A stretch of 64,000 nt of DNA, taken from NCBI RefSeq assembly GCF_006345805.1, contig NC_043001.1, positions 20,522,001 to 20,586,000 on the forward strand. The letters run 5' to 3'. Source of the stretch: Octopus sinensis. Its lineage: Eukaryota. The position numbers and the translations under genes are program-made. Shown here piece by piece: positions 39,465 to 52,416 of this stretch (positions within the stretch are counted from its first letter, which is position 1; each line of letters opens with the position of its first letter). The notes under the pieces were generated by a model. It had not been told where the DNA came from. It saw only the letters and a list, made by a program, of their open reading frames with translations, and made no database searches.

Positions 39465-42400
39465 TATCATCATCATCATCATCATTGTTTAGCGTCCGCT
39501 TTCCATGCTAGCATGGGTTGGACGGTGCAACTGGGGTCTAGGAAGCCAGAAGGCTGCACCAGACCCAGTCTGATCTGGCAATGTTTCTACGGCTGGATGC
39601 CCTTCCTAACGCCAACCACTCCGTGAGTGTAGTGGGTGCTTTTTACGTGCCACTAGCACAGGTGCCAGACGAGGCTGGCATATGGCCACGATCAGATGGT
39701 GCTTTTTATGTGCCACCGGCACGGAAGCCAGTCAGGGCGGCACTGGCAACGACCACGTTCGGATGGTTCTCTTATGTGCCACCAGCACTGGTATCACAGC
39801 TACAATTTCCATTCATGTTGATGGATTTTGATTTTTGATTTTTTGATTTTCACTTGCCTCAACAGGTCTTCACAAGTAGGATTTTGTGTCCCAAGAAGGA
39901 AAGGTATGCATAAGTGGACTGAGGCCATGGGTGATGGTCTCACTTGTCCTGCCGGGTCTTCTCACGCACAGCATACTTCCAAAGGTCTCGGTCTCTAGTC
40001 ATTTCCTCGGTGAGGCCTAAAGTTCGAAGGTTGTGCTTCACCACCTCATCCCAGGTTTTCCTGATTCTGCCTCTTCCACAGGTTCCCTCAACAGCTAGGG
40101 TGTGGCACTTTTTTACACAACTATCTTCATCCATTCTCGCCAAATGGCCATACCAGCGCAAACGTCTCTCTTGCACACCGCAACTGATGCTTCTTAGGTC
40201 CAACTTCTCTCTCAAGGTACTTACACTCTGTCGAGTATGAACACTGACATTACACATCCATCGGAGCATACTGGCTTCATTTCTTGCGAGCTTACGCATA
40301 TCCTCAGCAGTCACAGCCCATGTTTCACTGCCATGTAGCATGGCTGTTCGTACACAAGCATCATACAGTCTATCTTTTACTCTGAGCGAGAGGCCTTTTG
40401 TCCCTAGCAGAGGTAAGAGCTCTCTGAACTTTGCCCAAGCTATTCTTACTCTAGCAGTTACACTTTCAATACACCCGCCCCCGCTACTGACTTGGTCACC
40501 TAGGTAACGGAAGCTATCAACTATTTCTAGTTTTTCTCCCTGGAAGGTGGCGGAAGTTGCTCTCTGCGCATTTTCAGTGTTTACTGCTCCTGAGCATCTG
40601 CCACATACAAAAACTATCTTCCTAGTTAGCCTTCTCTTGACGTTGCTGCACCTCTTGTGTGTCCATAGCTTACACTTGGTGCATCTTATAGAGTTTCTAC
40701 TTACGCTTTTCCTACAGATCGAGCAAGGCCATCTACCTGAAGGCGTTTGTGACTTGTCTACCTTCCTACTTATTAGGACTTTGGTTTTAGCTAGGTTGAC
40801 TCAAAGGCCCTTCGATTCTAATTCTTGCTTCCACACCTGAAACTTCTCCTCCAGTTCTGATAGTGACTCAGCAATTAGAGCAAGGTCATCAGCATAGAGG
40901 AGCTCCCAGGGGCATCCTGTCTTAAATCCCTCCGTTATTGCCTGGAGGACTACGATAAATAGGAGGGGGCTGAGGGCTGAACCTTGGTGGACCCCTACCT
41001 CTACACAGAATTCTTCACTGTACTCGTAGCCAACCCTCACCTTACTAGCAGCGTCCCTGTACATGGCTTGCACAGCTCTCACTAACCATTCATCTATCCC
41101 TAGTTTCCTCATTGACCACCAGATAAGTGATCGAGGGACCCTGTCGAAGGCTTTCTCCATGTCAACGAAAGCCAGGTACAGGGGCTTATCTTTAGCTAGA
41201 TATTTCTCCTGCAGCTGTCTTACCAGGAATATAGCATCAGTGGTGCTTTTACCTGTCACGAATCCAAACTGCATCTCATCTAAACTAACTCTCTCTCCAA
41301 TTAGTTGGGCTATGACCCTCTCCGTAACCTTCATTACCTGATCCAACAGCTTGATACCTCTGTAATTATTTGTATCTAGGGCATCACCTTTACCTTTGTA
41401 GCAGTTGACTATTATGCTGCTACACCAGTCATTGGGTATGACTCCTTCCTGTATTACCTGGTTAACTATACGGGTGACTAGGCTATAGCCGACACTACCA
41501 GATATTTTGAGCATCTCTGCAGTAATTCCTGATGGACCTGGGGCTTTCCCTGTCTTCATGCTTCTAATTGCCTTAATTACCAAGGAACTGTCAACTCGGA
41601 TAGCTGGTCTCTCTGTTGGGTTGACATTCGGCAGACTCTCTTTATCCCATTCATTTTCTTCATTCAGCAACCTTTCATAGAGGCGTCTCCACACCTCTCT
41701 CTTTGCATCCTCATTTAGCGCAAGTGAACCATCATCCATGCAAACACATTTCTCTCCTACCACATCATGATTCTCTCTCACACACTGTCTTGCAACGTGA
41801 AATACCTCAAGTCTTTGGTCCTCACGGTGCAGAACATTGGCAAATTTTTTCTTATCTGCTTCACTCTGGCTAAATAAACCTGTCTCCTAGCTTCTCTTTT
41901 GGCAGTCTGATACAATTCCCTGCTACCCCCATTTTTCCAGTCCTTCCAAGCCTGTCTCTTTTCTCTAATAGCCCTGTCTACAACATTGTTATTCTAGGTC
42001 GAGAGGGGACTTTGCACCAGCCACAGATCTGGTCAGTGGCTCTCAGCAGGTTGTCCCTTAGAAACGTCCAGTTGTCTTCTACCCCCTGTGATGCTCTATC
42101 CCTTCTACTTCGTCAAAGGCTTCAAGTAATATGTCCCTAAATCTCTGTCCATTTGCAGGATCTTTAAGCTTCCAGATCCTTCTTCTCCATGTTGGTCATC
42201 TTCTGGTCGTCCTCTTAGTCCTGATCCTAAAGTCACTAACTACCAGTCTATGTTGTGGGGTACATTCTTCGCCTGGGAAGGTTTTGGCATTTATATGCAG
42301 CCATTTTTCCCTTTTCCTGGCAAGGATGTAGTCAATTTGGCTGGTATGTCGACCCGATCGGTAGGTGACTAGGTGGCTGGTAGGTTTCCTGAAGTTAGTG

Positions 42401-42790
42401 TTGCAAACCATGAGATCATTTGCGTCGCAGAACTCCAGGAGCCCGGTTCCCTCCTCGTTTCGGGAACCATAGCCATAGCCTCCATGTACACCATGGAAGC
42501 CCCTAGCATGTTTTCCAACATGCCCATTGAAATCATCAGCCACAAAGAGAAGGTCTCTGTCGTTCGTCATCGAGGTAGTCTGCAGTAAGGCGTCATAGAA
42601 TTGGTCTTTTTGTCCATTGGGTAGCCCTGGCTGAGGGGCATAAGCCGATATAATGGTTGCTAATCCATGATGAAGCACTATTCTAATCTTAAGTATTCTG
42701 TCACTTACTCTGATTACCTCAAGTACCTTATCTACATGTACCTTATCTATATGTAAATTCCAATAGGAGTTCATATTTTGTTTTTGCAAA
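39465..42790 (-). mobile_element. Near-complete RTE-clade LINE (endonuclease, RT, PHD finger, C-terminus, 3' UTR), 5'-truncated and frameshifted
   Basis: ORFs 42196-42789 (SAYAPQ, DDFNGHVG, SQIDYIL, PQHRLVV), 40801-41781 (QFGFVTGKSTTDAIF, AFVDMEKAFDRV, GVHQGSALSPLLF, LLYADDLAL), 39940-40341 (LHGSETWA, RLRWYGH); (CAT)n tail on +. Confidence 0.95.
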
Positions 42791-43185
42791 TGGATTGTGT
42801 GAAGATATTAATTCCATGTGCTGTTCATTCAATGTAAATTGTGAATGAAATTTTGAGAATATACTGGTAGGGGAAGTAGATAGAGAGAAATCCCCGAAAC
42901 AGCTGTAAGGCTACCTTTCTCCTTATAAATGCCATAGAAATCTCACACTGCCCTGGCTTTGTTGTCCCATTTTATTTAGCACACACATGTACACACACAC
43001 ATACATATATATTGTATTTCGGGATGGTCATTTTATTTTATTTTATTATTATTTTTTGTCAAATAAACACATGCACTATATATATATATGTATGTATGCA
43101 TGTATGTATATATATGTGTATATATATATATATATATTTCCTTCACTTGTTTATTACTGTTATTTTATTATTTTAATGCCTATCC

Positions 43186-43234
43186 GTTGTCCGGAAATCT
43201 TTCATCACACATCTGTGACCTCTTCAGTGACACT
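43186..43234 (-). ncRNA. Hammerhead-like motif with degenerate stem I
   Basis: Minus strand GTGTCA-CTGAAGA-G-GTCAC-AGATGT-GTGAT-GAAA-GATTT-C-CGGAC; near-palindromic stem III AGAUUU; a related half copy lies at ~13345-13385. Confidence 0.5.
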
Positions 43235-43781
43235 TTTTGTTTTCGTGACTTTGTTTATCTTAATATTGAAAAATAAAAAGAATTTTAAAAATCCACATTA
43301 TTTATGGGATGACCCAATACACACATACACACACACACACACATACACAGCAATCTCCTTATGTTGCATGCGCAATGTATTTCTGAAAGACTTGCAGTAA
43401 TATGAAAGCCAAGACGTGTAATTCATTTCTCTATTGATTTTCATGTTATAAATTGATAATGCATTCCAACAGATATTCTTTTTAAAGAAAAACAATAACA
43501 GATTTTTTGCAACTGATTGCTAATCCTCACTTTTTTCCAAGCAAGATTATATTTCCTACTGTAAACAATGGCCTTTATATATATGTATATACTCTTTTAC
43601 TTGTTTCAATCATTTGACTGTGGCCATGCTGGAGCACTGCATTTAGTCAAACAAATCAACTCCAGGACTTATTCTTTGTAAGCCTAGTACTTATTTTAGC
43701 AGACTCTTTTGCCAAACCGCTAGGTTGCGGGATTGTAAACACACCAGCATCAGTTGTCAAGTGATGATGAGGGAACAAACA

Positions 43782-43845
<64 letters not shown>

Positions 43846-44150
43846 CGATGGGCTTCTTTCAGTTTCTGTCTACCAAATCCACTCACAAGGCTTTGATCAG
43901 CCCAAGGCTATCGTAGAAGACACTTGCCCAAGGTGCCATGCAGTGGGACTGAACCCAGAACCATGTGGTGGGTAAGCAAGCTACTTACCACACAGCCACT
44001 CCTGCACCTATATGTGTATATAGTTAAACGATGATGATGATTTACTTAATTACTGAAGCAGTTGATTATTCATTAACCAAAGCAAGTGATTGCTATTTTT
44101 GTGTGTATATGCAGTTCATTAATTGTTAATTTATTTTCTGTTCACTTCAG

Positions 44151-44242
44151 GCAATCAGGAGACAGGAGATAACTGGAAGAATGTGAAAACCATAGGAAAG
44201 GGCACTTTTGGATTTGTTGAATTATGGATAAATGAAGAAACT
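44151..44242 (+). CDS. IKK: IKK exon: Gly-rich loop
   Basis: ttcacttcag|GC...ACT|gtatgt; GNQETGDNWKNVKTIGKGTFGFVELWINEET. Confidence 0.9.
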
Positions 44243-45269
44243 GTATGTATAACCTTGAAAATATTCTTTAATATATTTACTTTTACATTATGTGTTATTT
44301 TGTAAGTTGATTTTCTTTCTTAGGAATCACACTTCCCACATTGAAAGACAGAGTGTCTGTGGAAGACCTATGCTTTTATTAAAATTGAAAAGGCTTAACC
44401 CTTTAGCATTCGGATTATTCCTGTAACTAAGTCGTAAAAAGCACCATCCGACCGTGGCCGTTGCCAGCTGCGTCTGGTCTCTGTGCCGATGGTACGTATA
44501 AAGCACCATCCGATCGTGGCCGTTTGCCAGCCTCGTCTGGCACGTAAAAAGCACCCACTACACTCACAGAGTGGTTGGTGTTAGGAAGGGCATCCAGCTG
44601 TAGAAACACGGCCAGATCAGACTGGGCCTGGTGCAGCCTTCTGGCTTCCCAGATCCCAGTTGAACTGTCCAACCCATGCTAGCATGGAAAGCGGATGTTA
44701 AACGATGATGATGATGATGCTGATAGTCATGGTCGAAGCCAGTGTCACATAACTGGAACCTGTGCCAGTGGAATGTAAAAAGCACTGTTCAAACGTTGGG
44801 CCTTACAGAGGCAGTGACAAGTGACCGAGACCTTTGACAATATACTGTGCTGAGATCATAGTCATGGCCGATGCCAGTGTTGCATAACTGGCACCTGTGC
44901 CAGTGGAATGTAAGTGCACCCACTACACTCTTGGAGTGGTTGGTGTTAAGAAGGGCATCCAGCCATAGAAACCATGGCAAATCAGATTGGAACCTGGTGC
45001 ATCTCCCCAGCTTAACCAGTCTTCAGTCAAACCATCCAACCCTACATGTCCTTCATGTCCTGTCCTGGAGGTAATTTACAGATGTCTACAAATTTAAAGA
45101 TTCCAAATTTAAAATTCCATCATTACAACTGAGAAAGTGAAATTATATAATTTTGGTAATTAAACTGTTTAAAAACTATCCTTCTCAGCCAATCCTTACC
45201 CTTTTATGCACCAGTTTCACATATTCTGATTTATTTGTATATCTTTCTATATTTTTTTTTCCTATTCAG

Positions 45270-45479
45270 CTTGAAGAACTTGCTCTGAAACAGATCCAAG
45301 TTGCTCAAGAATGTAAGCCGAATGTGGTGTCCATGTGGAAGAAGGAAATTGAAATCATGAAAAAGCTAGATCACAGAAATATTATTCGTGTTAGAGATAC
45401 TCCTGCTGAACTGAAGTATCTAGAAAGAATGTATCCCATTTTGGCCATGGAATATTGCTCCCTAGGCAATCTTAGAAAG
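45270..45479 (+). CDS. IKK: IKK exon: catalytic Lys, alphaC helix, hinge
   Basis: cctattcag|CTT...AAG|gtaatt, 210 nt; LEELALKQ...WKKEIEIMKKLDHRNII...PILAMEYCSLGNLRK. Confidence 0.93.
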
Positions 45480-47984
45480 GTAATTAAGGAATTTTTGTTT
45501 AGGTATTTGCTTCACAAATTCTATTCATCATCATCATCATCATCATCATCTTCATTGTAATGTCCACTCTTCCATGTTTGCATTGGTCAAATGGAATTTT
45601 GTTGATGCAGATTTTCTTTGGCCAGATGCCCTTTTTTGTTGACAACCCTCATTTTTAAATAAGGTAATATTTCTCCAATACCAGACATGTTTTCACAGAA
45701 GATTGGAAATGACGGACTCTACTTGTTTGACATTAACAAACACACACACACACATATATGATAGGCTTTTTTCAGTCAACATCTAGGAAATCCACTCATA
45801 AGGCTTTGGTTGGGCGAGGGCTGTCATAGTAGACATTTACCCAAGCTACCACCACACAGTGGGACTGAACCCAAAATCATGTAGATGGGAAGTAAACTTC
45901 TTACCAAACACACACTGAAAAAAAGGCTGTTTTCAATCGCTACTTGGGTGTCTGCCTGTCAAAACCAATCCAAAAGTGAATCTCACCAGTGAGATGTGGT
46001 CCATCTTGGAAAGCAGAAATGATTCATCAAACCCATATTGACACGGAAAGCAGATATAAAATGACGGCAATGATGAATATGTATATTTTTAGTACGTTCT
46101 AATTATCTATTTTCTTACTAATCATTATTTTTGTTGATCTCTATAGTCATATCTCTCTCTCTTTCATTTTTAGATCTCCACTTTCACTTTCTTAAATTCA
46201 TTTTAGCTGACTTACAAACAAGCAATACAAAGATAATGTTTAATATTTCTCCCTGTTCTCATGACTCTGCTGGAACAATACAATAAGGAGGAAGCTGAGG
46301 GTAAAGTTAGAGGAATAGAAGATGTATTTCTTAAAAACGAAATGGAAATCGTAGTTGTGATACCTGTGCCAGTGGCACGTAAAAAGCACCATCCAAACGT
46401 GGCTGATATCAGCGCCGCCTTGACTGGCTCCCATGCCGGTGGCATGTAAAAAGCACCAACCGATCGTGGCCGTTGCCAGTCTCCCCTGGCCCCTGTGCCG
46501 GTGGCATGTAAAAAGCACCCACTTCTATGTGAACAGGTACCAAAGAAAAAAAGTTTCCAGATTTGTAAAAAAAAAAAGTAATTGTTTATAGGACCTTCAT
46601 AATAGATGGAGAAGGGGCAAAGGGGCTCATGGGTTACTACAGTCAGAAGCAGTGCCTTAACACATCCTCACACCTGGTTTGAATGCTTACAACAAAATAA
46701 GCTCCATTAAAGACACCCACGGACGAAGTGGTTGTGGTACACTGAATAACAGTTTAGGTCTACCACTCAAGAATGCATACTGCCCATATAATAGGCTTCT
46801 GCACAGTTTCTACCTAACCAGTTTCACTCACAAGGATTTGGTGTGCTCAAGGTTATGGTAAAAGACAATTGCCCAAAGTGTTGAGTGGTAGGATTGAATC
46901 ACAAGATCGTGATGTTAACTTGTTAACAATATGGCCACAAAACATAGCTTATTTATTTTGGAAAAGAATGGAACCAGTTACAAAGCACTGTCTTTGACAA
47001 TGAGTGCAGAATGTCTTCCTAACTGTAGAAGTGGATTCACGTCAAAGAGTAAAGACCTACTAGATTGTTATCCAAGATATATCGCCCGTAGACGAAGGGA
47101 TACCATGATGGGCATCACGCATCAATGTCCAAGTTCTGCTCTACCACGTGGAACCTTACAGCACTGACCCTTCACACGTATTCCAATAGGCCATCATTTA
47201 TATCTTCCCCCGTTCCGTTTCTGTCATGTGCTGTTAACAATGTATGGCAAGGGAGATAACTCCATATCTATAAAACTCAAAACATCTCAGAATATCAGAC
47301 TCAATGGAGAAGCTTAGTTTGTTGTGTTTGAACTGAAAGTAGAAGATTTCTTGCACTTGTGTTTCTTAACAGTTAATTTTAAAACAAGCAATAAATGTTG
47401 ATAAATTTTTACAAATAATTAAAACAATTTCCATATTTAATTATTTATTTTTTGGCGTTAGGAAGGGCATCCAGCTGTAGAAACATTGCCAGATAAGACT
47501 GGAGCCTGGTGCAGCCTTCTGGCTTCCCAGATCCCTGATCGAACCGTCCAACCCATGCTAGCATGGAGAACGGATGTTAAGCAATGATGATGATGATTCA
47601 TTGTTGCTAAATTTCCAATAATTTGCAGAGATGAAATGAAATTTTATCACCAGCTGTGTTTCATTAAAATTTCAGAAATTCAATTGATAAAACATTAAAA
47701 CTAAAGATTTTGGTAAAGGCGTGTTGCCTAACTGTTAGGGTGTTGCTCTAATGACCACAAGATTGTGGCTTTGATTCCACTCAGCTATGAGCAACCCTGT
47801 CACAAACTAACGTCCCGTTCAGGGGAAAGGTTGTGAGCTCTGTCACTTATTCACCAGAGAAACCCAGTAACTGCTTCTATGAATCCTAGAACATGAGACA
47901 GTGCTTACTTTTATTTTTTATAAACACATGAAAACTCCACAATATCACTGCTGCCTAATGTCCAATATATAATTTTAAAATTAC

Positions 47985-48445
47985 ATCCCTGGGCATGGAT
48001 ACATTGAAACTCCAACGTCTGGCAGCTAACTTGGCAGACACCCATAAAATTATTAACCATCTTACAAACAATAACTCTGAGCACCTTTTCAAACTCCACC
48101 TGTCTAACACCTGTGGACATGTTTACAAAGTCAGAACACAGCACAGCTCCCATGACTTTCGGAAACATTTTTTTCACACTAAGAGTTGCTGAAGCATGGA
48201 ACAAACAGCCAGCATCAGTTATTAGTTGTCGGAGCACTGCATCCTTCAAAACTTCCATGCTTCCTGAGATTCGCCAACACTACACCTGATTTTCTCCCCT
48301 CCATACACATGCAAGCATGTATCTGACTCATACACTGTTCACTTCCCAGACATTTGTACATTACTGCATATGCTTTATATGCACTTTTGACAAGTTGTGG
48401 TGCACCTGAGCACTGTATACAATTATTTCATTATTATTATTATTA
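47985..48445 (+). mobile_element. CR1-type LINE 3' end (representative; others at 32535-32650, 51385-51710, 56164-56660)
   Basis: MDTLKLQRLAANLADTHKIINHLTNNNSEHLFKL; (ATT)n tail. Confidence 0.9.
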
Positions 48446-48616
48446 AATCCTGGATTCTGTGTTCGTGTACTGACAACAGTCATCTTGCTTTCAATTCACA
48501 GATTCATTTCTTTCACTTTTTGAGATAATATAGAAATTGCCTTTGCTGGTAAATTATCTTTATTGCAATTTATGTTTAATGAACACTAATTAAAATTTTA
48601 TCTTTTGTGATGTAAG

Positions 48617-48769
48617 GATCTGAGCCGGTCATACTGCGGATTTAGTGAGGCAAATGTGTTGCATTTCACCAAAGACATCTCTGCTGCTGTTGCTTATCTT
48701 CATACAAAGCAAATTGTTCACCGTGACATAAAACCAGAAAACATTGTACTTAAGGAAATAGACAATAAG
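48617..48769 (+). CDS. IKK: IKK exon: catalytic loop
   Basis: tgtaag|GAT...AAG|gtgaga, 153 nt; DLSRSYCGFSEANVLHFTKDISAAVAYLHTKQIVHRDIKPENIVLKEIDNK; missed by the ORF track; weak AAG acceptor. Confidence 0.88.
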
Positions 48770-48978
48770 GTGAGAGTTCTATGTTATTAATGTTTTTTAA
48801 GTTTTGCAAGTGACAACATTTTTGTAGCTTGCTTAACAACCACATGGTTCTGGGTTCAGTCCCACTGCATGGCACCTTGGGCAAGTGTCTTCTGATGTAA
48901 CCTTGTGCTGACCAAAGCTTTGTGAGTGGATTTGGTAGATGGAAATTGAAAGAAGCCCGTTGTGTGTGTGTGTTTGTA

Positions 48979-49012
<34 letters not shown>

Positions 49013-49339
49013 CATATGTGTGTGTGTATGTACATATACATACACACATGTATGTGTGTCTAACTTTTTTTGAGATATTTTTGGGGGGAATAAGTGTTAA
49101 GTATCTCATATGCCATAAAATATGGTATATTTTTTTCTTTTATTTATTTCAGTCATTTGACTGGCCATGCTGAAGCACTGCCTTCAGTCGAGCAAATCGA
49201 CCCCCAGGTCTAATTCTTTGTAAGCCTAATACTTATTCTATTGGTTACTTTTGCCGAACTGCTAAGTTACGGGGATGTAAACACACCAGCATCGGTTGTC
49301 AAGCGATGTTGGGGGGGACAAATACAGGCAGACAAACAT

Positions 49340-49374
<35 letters not shown>

Positions 49375-49551
49375 CGACAAGCTTCTTTCAGTTTCCATCT
49401 ACCAAATCCACTCACAAGGCTTTGGTCAGCCTGAGGCTATAGTAGAAGACACTTTCCCAAGATGTCATGCAGTGGGATGGAACCCGGAACCATGTGGTTG
49501 GTAAGCAAGCTACTTACCACACAGCCTCTCCTGCGCCTAAAATTAAGATGC

Positions 49552-49623
49552 TTCCCCGGCGGGGAATTGAACCCCGGTCTCCTGCATGACAGGTGGGGAT
49601 ACTTACCACTATACTACCGTATA
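49552..49623 (-). pseudogene. tRNA-Asp(GTC) pseudogene
   Basis: Minus strand ...CGGTAGTATAGTGGTAAGTATCCCCACCTGTCATGCAGGAGACCGGGGTTCAATTCCCCGCCGGGGA; anticodon at 49588-49590; first 4 nt of the acceptor replaced by TATA; CpG-decay mismatches in the anticodon stem. Confidence 0.8.
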
Positions 49624-50031
49624 TATAACTAGTAGTGATATATTGCAATAACACTACTGGTGTTATTGCAATATTTTAAGTAAAAATTTTCTTGTTCTGC
49701 ACTTTGTTGTTGTTTGTTCATCCTTGAGCCATGCCTGGCTCATCGGGGCTGGTTTCATTGGCATAATAGGTTCCCCACCTGGACAGGACACCAGTCCGGT
49801 CCGTCACAGGTGAGCTGCTAGATGCAGGAGGAAAGTGTGAGAGAAAGTTGTGTGTGAAAGAATGAGCAGAAGTTCGCCATTACCTTCTGCTGGAGCCACG
49901 TAGAGCTTAGGTGTTTCACTCATAAACACACATATCACCTGGTCTGAGATTCGAACCCGCAATCCCTCGACCGCAAGTCTGCTGCTGTAACCACTAGGCC
50001 ATATACCTCCACTCTGTACTTTACCAGATGT

Positions 50032-50419
50032 GAATGGAAGCACTCCGTCGGTTACGACGACGAGGGTTCCAGTTGATCCGATCAACGGAACAGCCTGCTC
50101 GTGAAATTAACATGTAAGTGGCTGAGCACTCCACAGACACATGTACCCTTAATGTAGTTCTTGGGGATATTCAGCGTGACACAGAGAGTGACAAGGCCGG
50201 CCCTTTGAAATACAGGTACAACAGAAACAGGAAATAAGAGTGAGAGAAAGTTGTGGTGAAAGAGTACAGCAGGGATCACCACCATCCCCTGCCGGAGCCT
50301 CGTGGAGTTTTAGGTGTTTTCACTCAATAAACACTCACAACGCCCGGTCTGGCAATCGAAACCGCGATCCTACGACCGCGAGTCCGCTGCCCTAACCACT
50401 GGGCCATTGCGCCTCCACA
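50032..50419 (-). mobile_element. Young SINE family B with 12-bp TSD, next to an older tRNA-headed SINE (49720-50012)
   Basis: TSD TTTACCAGATGT at 50020-50031 and 50420-50431; nearly identical to 9807-10194. Confidence 0.9.
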
Positions 50420-51056
50420 TTTACCAGATGTAGTAAGTTCTCCTGGACTTTTCCAAGTGTAATAACTTGTCCTGTAATTTTTCAGGTTTATAATCTTCAG
50501 AATATTATTTTTCTTGCTTGCATTTTTCCATGTAATAATATTTGTAACTCTTACCAAATATGTTGAGTGCCACTTTCTTGTGTTTGCCCAATCACTTGTG
50601 TCTGTATATATATCATTGATGTAAATTTATTAGAATGTTTGTATTTTTGGAGCACTAAGAGCACCATCCGAGCGTGATCATTGCCAGAGCGGCTAACTGG
50701 CGTTCGTGCTTGTGGCATGTAAGAAGCACCATTCGAGCGTGATCGTTACCAGCATTGCCTTACTGGCACTTGTGCAGGTGACATGTAAAAAAACACGATT
50801 TTTTCATGGCCGTTGGCAGTACCGCCTGACTGGCCCTCATGCCGGTGGCACGGAAAAGCACCCACTACACTCTCAGAGTGGTTGGTGTGAGGAAGGGCAT
50901 CCAGTTGTAGAAGCTCTGCCAGATCAAGATTGGGGCCTGGTGCAACCATCTGGTTTGCCAGTCCTCAGTCAAATTGTCCAACCCGTGCTAGCATGGAAAA
51001 CGGACATTAAATGACGATGATGATGATGATGATGATATTTTTTACTTATTTTACAG

Positions 51057-51146
51057 GTTGTTTACAAATTAATCGACCTTGGATATGCTAAAGATCTTAA
51101 TCACGGAAGTGTATGCAAATCATTTGTCGGGACACTTATATATGTT
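51057..51146 (+). CDS. IKK: IKK exon: DLG motif and activation loop
   Basis: ttttacag|GTT...GTT|gtaagt, 90 nt; [30 protein letters not shown]; DLG and SxCxS are IKKalpha/beta diagnostics. Confidence 0.96.
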
Positions 51147-51807
51147 GTAAGTATTACTCTTTTCTTGTTATTTTTTTTTTTGTGGGGTGGGATTGTAGGA
51201 AAGCTATTGAAAAATAGAATCTATAGTATCAAAATTAAAAAGCTCTACATCTATAGTTTTGGTAAAGGTAGGTTATTACTCTAATTTGCCTTGTTTCAGA
51301 ATATTAGTATCTGTTAATATTAAGAGAGCTAAGACAGTGTTCAAAGAAAACTATTTTTACTGTCCTCTTACAGTTTGGATGATGACATACAAAGTCAGAA
51401 AAGAGCACAGCTCTCATGACTTTTGGAAACATTTTTTCATACTAAGAGTTGCTGAAGTATGGAACAAACTGCCGGCATCAGTTATTAGTTGTCGGAGCAC
51501 TGCATCCTTCAAAACTTCCATGCTTCCTGAGATTCGCCAACACTACACCTGATTCTCTCCCCTCCATACACACACGAGCATGTATCTGACTCATAGACTG
51601 TTCACTTCCCAGACATTTGTACATTACCGCATATGCTTTATATGCACTTTTGACAAGTTGTGATGCACCTGAGCACTGTATACAATAGTTTCATTATTAT
51701 TATTATTATAAGCAATGACTTGCTGTAAGTTACAAATTTCAGTCTTTGAAAACTTTGGTTATTGCTTACATAAATTATTTCAGAGTACCAATGTGTTTAT
51801 ATTTCAG

Positions 51808-51932
51808 GCTCCAGAACTTTATCGGAAAGAACACTATACTCATACAGCTGACTACTGGTCATTAGGGACTGTTATATTTGAGATTATTACTGGTTACCAA
51901 CCCTTCCTTCCGACTTACTCACCTGTTAAATG
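51808..51932 (+). CDS. IKK: IKK exon: APE to kinase subdomain IX/X
   Basis: atttcag|GCT...TG|gtcagt, 125 nt; APELYRKEHYTHTADYWSLGTVIFEIITGYQPFLPTYSPVKW. Confidence 0.96.
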
Positions 51933-52416
51933 GTCAGTATTATTATGACAATACAGTAATATGTATATTTGTTTTTCTTTTTTTATGTTTTTTTTTTGTT
52001 AAGAGGGAAGGGCAGTGCCCATGGCCTTTGAAGATTTGTGGGAGACAGGTAGAAGGAAACCTAGGACTGACCCACATTCTTGCAACAGAATGGACTGTAC
52101 TAAAGCATCCAAGGGCCAGGTGGTGGTGTTAACCCCACACTCCTCATTGTTTTAGCATTCATATACACGTGTGTGTTTGTGTATCTTTGTTTTGACATTG
52201 TGTGACAGTTGTGAGTGTCATTGTTACACAAATGGTGTCATTGATTTCCAATATTCTCCAAAAACATTCCTAGTCGTTGGAAAATTTAACTTCCATTGGA
52301 AACAGATGAGAGTTGATGACAGGAATAGCATCTAGTCATAGAAAATCTGCCTCAGTAAACCCTGTTCAAACATGGAAAAGTTGGCACTAAAATGATGAAG
52401 ATATATATATATATAT

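Noticed and set aside
50470-50510. Minus-strand CTGAAGA...GAAAATTA motif
   Set aside because: Neither stem I nor stem II pairs
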